64,000 nt of DNA from Ylistrum balloti (Eukaryota), in NCBI RefSeq assembly GCF_031769215.1, contig NW_026782003.1, positions 4,030,001 to 4,094,000 on the forward strand, in the 5' to 3' direction. The notes beneath the pieces were generated by a model. That model made no database searches and had not been told where the DNA came from. It saw nothing but the letters and a program-made list of their open reading frames with translations. A program made the translations under genes and the position numbers. The first letter of the stretch is position 1. Each line of letters begins with the position of its first letter. This document shows positions 1-19,600 of this stretch, one piece after another.

Positions 1-370
1 ATATATCACAGTGTCAATACTGTATACCACAACGTCGACACACCACGACCAAATATATCACAGTGTCAACGCAGTATACCACAACGTCGACACACCACGA
101 CCAAATATACCACAGTGTCAATACTGTATACCACAACGTCGACACACCACGACCAAATATACCACAGTGTCAATACTGTATACCACAACGTCGACACACC
201 ACGACCAAATATACCACAGTGTCAATACTGTATACCACAACGTCGACACATCAAGACCAAATATACCACAGTGTCAATACTGTATACCACAACGTCGACA
301 CACCACGACCAAATATACCACAGTGTCAACACTTTATATTACCACATTACCGACACACCACGACCAAATA
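1..370. repeat. 52-bp minisatellite, ~7 copies, cut by the window edge
   Basis: Unit cacagtgtcaatactgtataccacaacgtcgacacaccacgaccaaatatac starts at 7, 59, 111, 163, 215, 267 and degenerates after 319. Confidence 0.95.
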
Positions 371-479
371 GATCATTTTGTCATTACACCACGAAAAAAT
401 CCTATACAAGTAGGAATATACCAGTGTCAACACAAATTGACAAAACAAGACACCCAGACAAAATACACATCACTGTCAA

Positions 480-1440
480 TACACCAAGATAAACTATAAT
501 AGTGCCAACAAGCAAAGTCAAAATACATATCAATGTCACTCAGACAAAATACAAAACACACATCATTGTCAACTCGCCAAGACAGTCTATAACAGTGCTA
601 ACACGGAAAGTCAAAACACATATCAGTGTCACTCAGACAAAATACAAAACACACATCATTGTCAACTCGCCAAGACAGTCTATAACAGACAGTGCCATTA
701 CGGAAAGTCAAAACATATGCAAAAGTCACCATACAAAATACAAAACACACATCATTGTCAACTCGCCAAGACAGTCTATAACAGTGCTAATACGGAAAGC
801 CAAAACATATGCAAAGGTCACCATACAAAATACAAAACACACATCATTGTCAACTCGCCAAGACAGTCTATAACAGTGCTAATACGGAAAGTCAAAACAT
901 ATGCAAAAGTCACCATACAAAATACAAAACACACATCATTGTCAACTCGCCAAGACAGTCTATAACAGTGCTAATACGGAAAGTCAAAACATATGCAAAG
1001 GTCACCATACAAAATACAAAACACACATCATTGTCAACTCGCCAAGACAGTCTATAACAGTGCTAATACGGAAAGTCAAAACATATGCAAAGGTCACCAT
1101 ACAAACTACAAAACACACATCATTGTCAACTCGCCAAGACAGTCTATATCAGACAGTGCCATTACGGAAAGTCAAAACATTGCAAAAGTCACCATACAAA
1201 ATACAAAACACACATCATTGTCAACTCGCCAAGACAGTCTATATCAGACAGTGCCATTACGGAAAGTCAAAACATTGCAAAAGTCACCATACAAAATACA
1301 AAACACACATCATTGTCAACTCGCCAAGACAATATATAACAGTACAACACGGAAAGTCAAAACACGTGCAAATGTCACCAGACAAAATGCACATCAGTGC
1401 AATACACCTTGTCAAAATATAACAGTGTCAACACCAAAGG
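480..1440. repeat. 92-bp tandem repeat, ~9-10 copies, A/C-rich
   Basis: Unit a(a/g)gtcaccatacaaaatacaaaacacacatcattgtcaactcgccaagacagtctataacagtg... recurs with a 92-bp period from ~721 to ~1089, with degenerate copies on both sides. Confidence 0.95.
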
Positions 1441-2649
1441 CAAATTATATCAGTGTTATCTCAAAAGAACAAAACTGACTCATTTGTAGGTTAGTTTGAA
1501 CACTCTGTACATTCATGCTTTCGCCTTTAAACCTACATGTTTGACGTGTTAGCTCATGTCAGGGCCATCCATTATTAATCACGGAATCATTCATTCATCA
1601 TTAATATTCAATCTGATATTATCAGCCCATTAAAGGGTACTAATGAGCCATATTGAAATTCAAATGTCCATTTCGTAAATGTACTCGTGTCAATTATTTT
1701 CTCGTGAAGATAAAAATAAACATATATCTCATAACTATCAAATTTAAAATCCTGAGCTTTTATATGATTTATAAATAAAATCGACATTAACAACACAAGT
1801 ATCGAATAACATAAGACGTATTAGATTCTTAAAGTACACTAACCTGGATCAATAACCAGTAGAGTAGATAAGGACTTGTTGGTAACATAAGTGCATGAGT
1901 GATGAACATGTAAACAGTCGTGACGTATTCTTCCAATCTGTGTCGACATTCCCCCAACAGAAATCACGTGAGTGGAAGACATCTATGACAGAAGCAGATA
2001 CGTGATAGTTCTTGGAATATGTCGATACAATCTAAAGTTTGTTACATGATTTTTGTCTCTCATAATAACTTTTTTTTATAAATCATAATATACGTAGAGT
2101 CTAAAATGTCCCATTGTGTTATTATGCAGCTTAAGAGTCAAATAACAAGAGGGAAAAAGGCAATCTTATTTACTGTTAGAAGTTTCTGAAAGGTCCAACG
2201 GTATCAGTTACAATAATGTTTTGTAAGTTTAAGAGTCATAATTCTCATTCACAAATAGCAAAGAATGAAGGGATTACCAAACGATATTTATAACAGTTTC
2301 TGAAATGTGGTGTTCGAAACGTTAGATGCTTACTGATCGGATAGAATATCTTACACCTCTTTTCAAATCTACAAACTTTGGCTTCATAAATGATCTAAAG
2401 CAGGTTTCATCGTAAGTCAATACATCGATTTAATAAAAAAAATTAGCGCACAACTTTTAATTTTTTCGACAATTATATAGAAAACCATAAATCAGCATAA
2501 AAGATTAATTAGTTATTTTGATATTAAATCTGTCACATTTGATTTTCAACATTGCCAACTGTTTATTACACAATGATTTATTGAAACGTCCTCCTAAGAC
2601 ACGTACGCAGTTTTTTTTCTTTTTTTTCTTATATATCATTTAAACTAGT

Positions 2650-5600
2650 CTGTTAGGATGTCCGCCATTTGGTGTGATCCACGTGACCATTTTGTGAAGG
2701 GCTGTAATTCCATTTTATGCTATAGGCACGATAAGGGTAATTCCTTGTGATTATTCACGTGTGTCTGTGGTTGACAAAATTTTAATTTTGTATATCCATC
2801 TACTTGTTATTATGATGTTAAGACTGGGAGTTTGGGGCATTATCCATAAGGACTTGTAATGACTGAACTCTGTATATAATTAGTCTTTTACTGTAACATG
2901 TTCATCAAATTACCTATTCCGCGTGGGTGCAGGTGTTTGGCACAAAAGTGAAACCATTGGAATTCTAGGATGAAAATTGATATGGTGCAATGTGGTATCT
3001 TTCATTTTTTGCAAATCAACTTTCGGTTTCTTTGTAGTCTCTGATTGTCTTCCCTGCACATTTTACCTTGATGCCATGTGTGATTATGTGTTGCTGTACA
3101 GGTAATCATTTTGGATATAGAATTGACGATGATATATTTATAAACTAATGTGATATAACAATATTACTATATACAATTACCTTCATATTGTTCCTAACAG
3201 GATTTTACACAGTCTATGTCGAAATCGAGGCGCACAAGAGAATTGTTTCTGTATTTTTTTTTCTTCAGTCTACACACCTACATACATGCAATGCGTTACC
3301 AGCTGGAAGCGAAGTGACACATTTTCTTGCAAATTGATGACAAACACTGCTTTGTAACATATGCAGCAATGCCATATATGTATACCACAGACACATCTTA
3401 CACGGAATAGCTGACCAAAGCAACGCCAAGACCACAGAAGTAAGACTTATTTAGTGGACCACAACACGTGTTCTTCGTATCATGTGGTGTGTGAATGAGG
3501 CAATTATCTTTCGGGTATCAAACCAGAAATTTCAAGTTAGAAGTGATATAAGTTAAAATGGTAAATATCTATTAAATAAAATTTGTTATCATGAAATGAT
3601 GAACAGACATCTATAACACAGATCCCAGTTTTGAATTAATAATCTTGCGACTTCCAATCATATCTTTTAACCCTCTGATCTATGGTTTTTGGATTTAAAT
3701 CTTTATTCAAGACGAAATCCAATAATTTGTCCAGATATCTACCTTAATGTTTCTTCATAACTTTGGAAATAATGAACGCCAGTCTCATTCATGTAAATGG
3801 TGTTATAAATAGATTAGACAATTTAGAAATCAGTACAATATAAGCTCTGTACAAAACGTATTTAAAGTCTTGGATAAGTTTTCGATATTTTGTTCAAAAG
3901 TAGGAAATTCGGATATTGAAAAGTAAAACAAAATATGACACATAATTACCGGAGGTCTTCATTTTCCAAAATAAATATAATGGCATTGTAACATTTTAGT
4001 CAAGTTTATCTCAATACACCATGGCGTTATTGATTGTACGCGTGACTTGACAATATTGAAGTAGGCTGGTTTGTTCTCTCTTTTTATTGGTAATCATCAA
4101 TCAGTTTCCGGCGAAGTTTGCATAAGGATTGAGTTATCAAAAACTTAATGAAATGTTCAGGAAGGTTAAAGTTAGGACTTTATATTGTTCACCAGTTGTT
4201 GTCAATTTCTACGGAAACCTCTAATTCTGACTCATTTACCAACGTTATCCTGTTTTCTATCGCAATGTTGACGTCATTTTCCGTGTATTTATCTTCGCGT
4301 TCGACATCAATAACACAGTGCTGATAACACGTGCAGACGTTTCGCTGTGTTCTATTAACAATTTATTCCATTTTCTCTTATCCCCGTTTGATCAACTTTT
4401 ATTCGGGTCACTGATAAGTTTTAAAAAAAACCTACCAATGTGTTACCCGGTAAGTCGTTGTTTAAAGAATTAGACCAAGTACTGGATCACGGGGCCATTG
4501 AACGCGATGACAAGAGGTTCATGTGACCTGTATTGCTCACCTGGTAAAGTTTGGTTGAAATTCCTTTATCTATAGGAAAACTATCCTATAGATTGATGTG
4601 TATTTCTTCAATAAAGCCCTGCCCCTATCATTGGTACAATTTGAATTTTCATTTTTTATATAATCAAGAGCAAAACTTGGAGAAAGAAGAGAAAAAAGGG
4701 AAAAAGATTCTCCTTCAAAAGAACAAACCTCTGGGATATCTTATATTTTTATAACTAAATTTAGTGTAAAAAATCCAAGTAATGGCCACTGACAATATAT
4801 TATTTTCGATAACTTTACATCCTCCAATACTAGTTTCTGACGACTTGAAGATGAACATTGTTAATTCATGCACGGTAAGTTGATAGGAAATCACAGAAAT
4901 CAAAAACACAAATTGATGTTGAAATATTACTCGTGTTATCAACCTTCTCGAGAGAAACCATCCATTACTTTGTCTACAGTCCAATATAATCACAGGACAT
5001 CGTTACATTGTTTGCTACAATGGTGTCAATCTACAGTGATTGGCCACAATCCCTAGAAACAAGTTTATTGTAAAGGGCCAATGAGTGAAAAGGACTTGAA
5101 GCTCAATATTTGTATACTGTATATTTGAGTGATATTTAAGATTTTCTTGTTTACTGGTGAGCAAAATGCATTTTTACAGATATTTTAAATGAACCCCATT
5201 AGCTCATTGTTGGATAAACAGTAAACAACAAAAAAAAATATTTCTTATATTTACATTTTGACAGGTTTTTTTTATTATTTAAGCAACTTTGGAAAAAAAA
5301 ATATTTGTCATCCATTGAATGTTATACCCCCTAATGGAACAGCCCAACAACTGATGGTAAAGTAAATTAGCCAATTTGGTGGGAAATGTTGTTAGAATTT
5401 TACCTAGGCGTAAATATCAATTTTGTTGGTAAGACTTAATATAGAATAATCACCAGAAATAAAAATGTTATCCGATATCTTTTAACATTGTATTGATAAA
5501 CAAGTTTTTGAAAAGTCGGTTTTAAATCTCAATATAAGCTCTAGGCTTGTTTTCCCATCCAATACGTATCATGCTTGTGTTTAATTGCTGAATATTGCAT

Positions 5601-5715
5601 GAAAATATTGTTTAAACTAAATCTCTATATATCATAATTAAATGCAATTTATTACCTAACAGGTGATTCCAGCATGTCGTGATTTACCCAAGATAAGGTT
5701 GACCAGACATTTCAG
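2650..5715 (+). ncRNA. possible spliced non-coding transcript, convergent with YIPF1
   Basis: Plus-strand donors at 3102 (cag|gtaatc), 3440 (gaa|gtaaga) and 5716 (cag|gtgagt); acceptors at 3200, 3268 and 5662. Exon 3269-3439 is closed in all three frames. YY1-like ccgccatt and E-box cacgtg at ~2660-2690. Confidence 0.3.
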
Positions 5716-6589
5716 GTGAGTTGGTGACTCTGCTGTGTGATACATGATCATTAAATCCATTCTATCAACATCTCTCATCACATTTAAAAAAATCACTTAA
5801 CGTAAGTTACACATGGCAAGGAATTCGCAAGGTATTTGAGATGGACAAGTGAACATGTAAAGTAATCTCATTTTATTAATCAAAGATTGACATTTGATAA
5901 GAGTTCAGAAAGTTCCTCGTCGCAATGACAGCCATTAAGAATTAAGAAGCACTAAAGTAACTTCTACCATGTTGGCATTCAAGTAACATTAAAGAAATGT
6001 GTACTGTTGATCTTAGCAGTAAATCAAAATACCTTTTCCTACACGACTTTCAAAACCAGGAAGTAGTTTCCTAAAACACACCTCAGGAGTTTTTTGGCCA
6101 TATTTGATATCAGTAACTGCCGTGTCTTACACAATTTGGGAACTTGACACTCACTATAGAAAAATGTATTTTATAATTCACTCAGTTTTCCATAAAATGG
6201 ACCTTATCACATTAGTAAAAATATTTTCCATTTCCAGAAAGGAAATATCACCTTAATACATGTATATCACTGTTATCATCCTTGCATCACTGTGCCAATA
6301 GATTACTGCTAAAACTTGGATTTCTTTGTTTACATTTGTAGCCATCAATATATACATATATACAGAAGGAATGATTAAAAGATTTGAATTTTTTCAGAGT
6401 TTTCTTTACAGTATATGACAGGCAGAAGTACAAAAAACAATTCTTCAACGAATTACAAGAGATCCCAAAGGATTATTTGATCTTTATTTGCTCTTTGAAA
6501 GTTGAATCTTTTCCGTTCTTTATCTTGTCTCGTCTGTTTTTGCTCTTAATAATAAGAAATTTTACCATTCCTTTGCAGAAATAGTGACA

Positions 6590-6880
6590 ATAATCTCTAA
6601 CTGCAAAATCCAAGATGGAAGCAATTTTTTTTTCTGATCAGTCCCAAAATCAAACAGGCACAACAAGTGACAAAAAAGAGTCTTCATATGAAATTTAAGA
6701 GATCCATTCAGAGCTTTGTAAGAAATAGTGATATCCAACTTTAAAAGGTGAAATTGAAGATGGCTGCCTGTCGGCCATTCTGTTTTTCTGATCAGTCCCA
6801 AAATCAAACAGGCTGAACTAGGGACCAAGAGGAACTTCAACATGAAATTTCAGGAAGATCTAGGATTCTTTGTGAATTTT
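6590..6880. mobile_element. ~154-bp-period repeat resembling the internal units of bivalve Helentron/HINE-type elements
   Basis: Identical 29-mer tttctgatcagtcccaaaatcaaacaggc at ~6631 and ~6785, each preceded by aagatgg; a third copy lies at 9265-9385. The family assignment is recalled resemblance, not a database hit. Confidence 0.5.
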
Positions 6881-7687
6881 TTTTTTATTTTTCACAATCC
6901 AAAGTATTTGGCATTTGAATTAACCCTTAGTGCACATTTATCATAGTTATGTAGATACTGAAATATCAAGAACTATATATCAATAAATAAGAAAAACAGC
7001 ACTCCTACACTCAATTACATTGTCTCAATATCTTGGTATATAAATACACACATGCCCAATAACCCCATTCTGACATCAGATACAAATATCAAAAAAACAA
7101 ACTATGTCTTACATTCTACATGGTTGATACATGTATGTATAATTCAACACAAAATGCTCCTGTCTCAAATTAAAAATAACATGTGCTTACGCTTTAACAC
7201 TTCCATTGAGCAAAAATTAGGATGTTGGAAGCATGAATAATACATTGGAGAATAACTATGGTATGTTACAGATCAAAGACATGACAGACGACTGTGACTT
7301 ATAAACATTATACACTGTTTACATTTACAGTTTTTTTTCTATGTCTTCAATACAATTTAAATATCTGTGATGAAAAAGCAATAATAAATATTTTCTAAAA
7401 TCTATACAACTTCCCATATTTTTTTGAAAGTTAAATTATCTTACATCTTATGGAATACAATTCTGTGAAATTCAACTCAATCAGCCAAAGATAAAACTGC
7501 TACATAACTACATCTAATAGAAATTAGTAAGGCTGTTATCACCAGATTATAATATATTGACTTATATTGCTTTCTGCTAAGTTTGTTGGTTTTATGTTCC
7601 ATGTATGAAAAATATTCTAAAAGAAATGAATTGATCAATTCTTGCACAGCAGCTGTCTAAACACTTGATACCATTTGAAAATATTGT

Positions 7688-13524
<5,837 letters not shown>

Positions 13525-13532
<8 letters not shown>

Positions 13533-13600
13533 GTTTTGAAAACAAATTATCTCCCCTCGCACCGGAAATGAAATAATGGCGCGTTCGAACAAAACAATAA
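13525..13600 (-). promoter_or_regulatory. YIPF1 start/promoter region with YY1-like and ETS-like motifs
   Basis: AAAACATGGCGG overlaps the ATG (YY1-type consensus); accggaaat at ~13561; locally CpG-rich against an AT-rich background. Confidence 0.45.
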
Positions 13601-13989
13601 GTTCTGTTGCTTTAGCATGTTTTCATGGAAAGCATACAACTTTTTCGAAATCCATCAGTAGGATTATATAAATTGCACACACAGGAATATTCCGAAGAGT
13701 TCTGAAAATTTCAGACTAACACATTAACGACACCAATTAAACGTAAATAATAACCTTATAGCCAACACAGCCTGGGTTTATCATATAATAATGGTCCACA
13801 GGCGGTATGCATTGGCTACAACTATTTATATTGATGGCCTTTTTATTTTACAACTGACAAGAGAAAAATAGAACGTGATAATGTTCTAACATCCTTGGAT
13901 ATGAACAACATACACTATCAATAAAATGTTTGTATGGTCTTGCTGAAAACTACCGACATCTAATGCTTAGGATCATTGCCACAATTTGA

Positions 13990-15240
13990 CATTCAGTTAG
14001 ATAAGCTGAATTCCCTATTCACACATCACTCGGCACATAGTAAGTCTGTAGACTCACCAGACATTATTTCATCAATGTACAGGTACCTAGAGTCTATGTT
14101 AAGGTCAATCGTCTAAATTTCTATAACAGTGACATTGATACGAATGTGACAACGCTCCTGGATGGAGGAAACCGAATTGTCTTCTTGGTAATCGGTCTGC
14201 ATACATCCATATCAGCATCACAACCATATAATGCCCTATCGTGGAAATCCAACGAACAAACACTTTCCGACTGAATCACAGTGAATCTTCTCATTTGGAA
14301 TTAACTATGCAGTATATGTACCTGTGGCGACTCCAATGCCAGATTCCTACTACAGGAAAACAACGAAAAGGAAGACAAATTGCTAACGAGAATGCTGCAA
14401 TACTAATGAGCTCTTATCATCACTGAAGGGAATCTCGACATTCTTCGATGTTAACCAGAGGGACGAGGATGAAATTAACTATATCATTTATAACATTAAA
14501 GCTTGGCAAAGTATAGGAGTTGTAAGACTTCAGCAGGGAATCCCCACTGATATATATCGGATCACATCCCAATTTATACAGATAAAAGTAGTTAAAATCA
14601 AACCACCAGGCGGCAAACAGAAATCCAGGAAAACAAATATGGCCACATTCGACAACTATAGTCGGACGGTATCCAAGTAGGGGACAGGCTCATCGTTAAG
14701 GAGTTGCATTGTATATACACAGGTGCAACGGGAGGGAGCAGTATCGGAGAGCTTCCCCATACTGCAAGGTGTCCAACAGGGAGTTGCAGTCTCCAGTACG
14801 CATTACAACAGGTACAACAACACCGTTCTCATTAACTTTGAAAAATAAGTCTTGATATTTCCAGAAGTTAATAATTTTGTTACCACAGACGATCTAGACC
14901 TGTGCTAATGATACAACGCTATTGGCGAAAGCCATGATGAGATGCAGACCTTGTTTACTATGTAGATACAAGACAATCAACATACAACATCAACCCACTC
15001 ACTCAAGGGTAATTTGATCCAATTCAATACCAACTCAAACATCGTCTTAAAGCTGTATGACGAGGCAACAGAAGTAGAAAACGTTCACAAAGGAATCGCA
15101 ACAACCATCAAAACATGAACGGCCAATTGGACCAAAGAAGTAAACTCCTGTCAGCTGAGCGACAGAGACCTTATTCCACACTATGCACAAGCCACATCGA
15201 CCCGTCCCTTTCATGATATCTGTCACTATGAAAACCAGAC
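13990..15240 (+). mobile_element. heavily decayed non-LTR retrotransposon (LINE) reverse transcriptase remnant
   Basis: 14732-14848 translates EGAVSESFPILQGVQQGVAVSSTHYNRYNN, a match to RT domain 4 (GVxQG..LS...Y). An ADDL-like remnant follows at ~14888; many stops and frameshifts. Confidence 0.6.
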
Positions 15241-16634
15241 AAAATTTCGTTGTGATGTTAGTTGACGTTCCCTAACATTCAATTTGAATGGGAAAGTCAA
15301 ATTGAATATTGTTAAAGAATATCAAAAACTCTGTGATTTTTTTTAAATTTTCATATTCAAGTGATTCCTCTAGTCACATTGTCGAAGTGTGATTAATCCT
15401 GATTAAATAGTACCAATGAATGAAAAGAAGAGGAAATAAAGGCTTGGCAGTGAATCTATGCGTACCATTAACCAACTTTATTTGCAGTAAGAGGAAGATT
15501 TTATGATACGAACATATAAACATCGGGTGCTATTTTATAAAGGATAGTCTTACAATTTTCGCTAAATACTACTATGCATTTGCGATAGGAAAATGAAATG
15601 GGATGGATGTTCTGACAGGAAAGATTAATGATCACCCAAGATAGTGATTTGGAAAAGGGTCATGAATTTAACAATGGAATATTAGAAACGTGTTCTTAAG
15701 GCTTGATATTTAAATTAAAAAATGATAATACTACCAACGTACATAACACTTATAATACATACAGGTTAGAGAGACAATTAAACCTAGATGTGATGAGGAT
15801 TCTAGATTCTAGTACGCTTTTGAATTGTGAATCCCAGCGTACCAAAAGTCATTTAAATGCTAAAATTTCTTCAAATGAGAAAATTAGTTTACTGGTAAGA
15901 ACAGCTGCTTCCAAATTGAAGAGTAGAAAAAAATCCAGAAACATATCTTGGTCGTGTAATTAGACGACGCTGTTGACCGCATTCTGATCCTGCACTACTG
16001 AATTAATACGTGTTATTTTTTTCGAATGCAAATCCAAGTATTATTTAGCGGAATAAACGAATGTTTTCAATAGAGATAAGTATTATCATAGGACCGGAAT
16101 TATACATACATCAGATGCGTTTGATTTCGGATGAAAGAGATTGTTCGTTAAATATCATTTGCTTATTTTTATTAATTAAACATCATGAAACATCGAGAGT
16201 GATACTGGGTGCATGTCTTAATCCCAAATACAGCAAGCCTGGATAAATAATTAACAAATGAAAGGGCTACAGCAAAGAAGACACCATTCCATATCGACAA
16301 TCATGGTATAGTATCAAAGAATGTTCTAAATGTCGTGTGACGCTGGGTCGGTACTCCCCATGGACAACCAACGGTAATATGAATATTAATATACTCGATT
16401 ATTAATCTATATTTCAGTTACCCGGTAACATTTCAAAAATCGATCGCAGTTATGGTACAATTATATAGGGAAACGGTCGTCGCATCATAACTTTGATATC
16501 CTAACGTCATGCGTTAAGACGTTGGGAACATATTACTTTCGGACAATTTATCTAATAACAACACCAGTTATTGATGGTTTGAGTTAGACGTGTATCGTGG
16601 CACTTACCATCGCTGCCGTTTACAAGAACCAAGA

Positions 16635-19600
16635 ATGGGAAAAATATCCAAATCCGTCAATTTAGGGAAGAATGTTATCGATGTTTGGCAGAATAAGAGT
16701 AACAAACTTGATTCAAGTCCGAACACGAAAACGCGAACTCAAGATTTGTGGAAATCTTCCACGAGACAATTGTTATCTAGTTTTCATGACAGCACGACAT
16801 TTCACGGAATCCGCTTCGCGTTCGGTACGGAGATATCCGTAAAACGAAGGTAGGCTGTATCTTTTTGTATTTTTCAAAAATTTGTTGTTCTTAATTGTGA
16901 TCAGTAAAACAAAGCCTGATGACTTATTCATGATCTTTATTATCAAGGTAAACATTTAACAAAACCGGATAAAATTTGATACATAAATCGATATGATTGA
17001 TACTGCATATTTCAGAATGTTTAAGTATTGAGTAACTTAAAATGTGATTTCAGTGCATATCTTTGGGTCTGTTGCAGTGTTTTTATTAGCATTGGAATAC
17101 ATTTCAAAATCTGAAATGCAAATATAAAATTACATTTTTATTTTAAAAAAAAAAGAGAAAAAAGCTCAAGATGACAAACTAGTCAATGACTCTCTGTCCA
17201 TGCCTGAAGAGCTTACGGCATTTGACAAAGGCAGCCACAATGTCTTTCTTCAAAAATCAAATCGCTACAGGATTAGGGGAATTGTCATCAATTGGATAAA
17301 AAAAAAACTTCCTCATTAACAGAACGATGTCGGTAATACTCGATGGAGAACTGTCTTACAGAACAATTGGTCATATTCTCCTTGTACTTTTTCCAGAATC
17401 TCCGTGTTCATATTTTGCCCTAGTTTGAATTATGATTATGTTGACATGTTGGTATTTTCTTGATTTTTTTGTTAAAATACAGGCCAGGATGCAACATCCC
17501 GGAATCAATCCGCCTGGGAAAGAGTAGTGATTCTGTCATTTCAGTATTAGAAATAATATTCCATCAACTATTCCAAATATGAATTTTTATGAAGTCATTA
17601 TTTAGTACATCAGCTGCAACTTGTCTGTTCCCCTCAATTAGACCATATAGGAATGTGTCATCAGCAAGTAACTTTCCCTTATATGCTGGTGTCACATTAT
17701 CATGTATTCAGACTCGATTGTAATTTTCATAGATACTTTTCTTTGGCCTCCCGAGTTAAGGCAATAACTTCATTTCGAATAGTTCCAAATATATTCCAAG
17801 AGGCTGAGGTATCCATGTGCTTGACTTTGGAATACTGACGGTTTCTCTCTTTAATTTTCAGTCTAATATCATTCGTCATCCAGATGTTATCATTAGCTCT
17901 ATTTGTTACATATTTATTAGGTAGAAATTTGTCTACATCTGTTAATATTTTGTTTGTAAGAACATAATTAGTTTCATTAATATCACCTTGCAACGGAAGA
18001 CTCCAGTCGATAGAAGAAGAGATTCATTTGCTCCATCAAAATTAATGTTATGGTAATTTGACAGAGTTTTCTTGTATGCATGCTTCTTGAAGGATTTGAA
18101 ATTTAAGTTAACAATAGTTGAACAAAGCCTGCTTCAGGAAGGAGGGAGTATATATTTTTTATCCTAAAGTTAACATGATTATTAATAAGAATATCGAGGA
18201 ATGTTGAGGAATAAGGAGTTATCATGATAGGTTTAGTCACGGTATTTTGTGATCCAAGCAATTAATGAAAGCATGTGAAGATGAGAATTTGAAATAGGAT
18301 TTAACATGCCTTGATTAATATCTTCCACCAGAATAACTTTGTAAATCAATTATATCATTATCCTTAAAAGGTTTTGCCAATAATTAACAAGTGAATGTGG
18401 GAGTCTGTAGACGCACTCAGTAAGAACGGGTTTGTACGAACATCATCACCACCACAATTATTTCGATCTTTCTTGAAGAGATTTCCAGAGTTTTCAAGTG
18501 ATACATCATTGTCAGAAATAGAGTCATTAAGATGAGTTTCAGTAACACATAGAACATCATACTCAGAACATTATGCATTAAGGAGATGCCTTTTGTTCCC
18601 TAAAGAACGGAAATTATTATCAGGGTCAGGATTGGGGTGAATATCACCACATGATAATAGTATCGGGCATATCAACACAAATTGTGTATTTCTTTTGTCA
18701 ACATTGTAAACACACATTTTTATATAATTGGTATTTTCTTATGTCATTTTTTATTTTTCTTTGCTACACTATTATATATATGTATAAGGCTGGGGCTGTT
18801 TAAATTGATTTAATATTATGTATGATATTTATGCATCCTATGATATTCTAATCCAAATTGTTATCTGTGATATCTTGCTTTCTTACTACAGGTTTACTAT
18901 GTATATACAAGACTAAATTCTTCTATCTATTATCAGAATTCAATAATACACTAAAGCCTTCTATTCCATATATGTCTATATAGCCATTAAGTCCTGCGAT
19001 GCGAATTTCAGTACTACTTCGTAGTGAAGTGTATTACAGCCAAAGGCAGAAACATTATTATTTCATAGTGGTACTTGGATATTTAATAATCTATAGAACA
19101 TCTTTAATAAGGAAAGTCCTTTAGCACAGCTGTACTTATGTAGATATATAAACAGAGTACATAGGATATTAACTGAATCTAAAACGAGGACGTCACGTAC
19201 AGATAAAAGTGTAACTTGATAAAAAAAAATTGAGGGATAACAAAGAGAAATTATTCAAGGATTATGTCATTTAAAGTTGATATGTTCAGCAAACTTTTTT
19301 CTACATATACAATGTTTTTGAAAATGAATTTCACAATTTTCTTTTACGATGTTGTTTCAGAAAAAAAAGTAAAGTACATGTGTATATTCTGAACCATTTC
19401 CGAAGAACTTCAGAAATTTCTTCCTCTTTTTATCTAATTTTATTGTCCTTCTTCCCTGTCTTTCCTTAACTCACTACCCCTTCTACATTGCGCATTCCTA
19501 ATAACTTCTTGAAATTTTTATTTTTAGACGTTATAATCTTACCGCGTATTTATCTTTCCTCTAACCATTATCTTCTTTCCGCCATCATACTTCTGAACGC

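Noticed and set aside
11-1478. Overlapping 80-170-aa His/Thr/Lys-rich ORFs
   Set aside because: They are translations of the 52- and 92-bp satellites; the G-poor strand lacks stops and the same peptide rotates through all frames.
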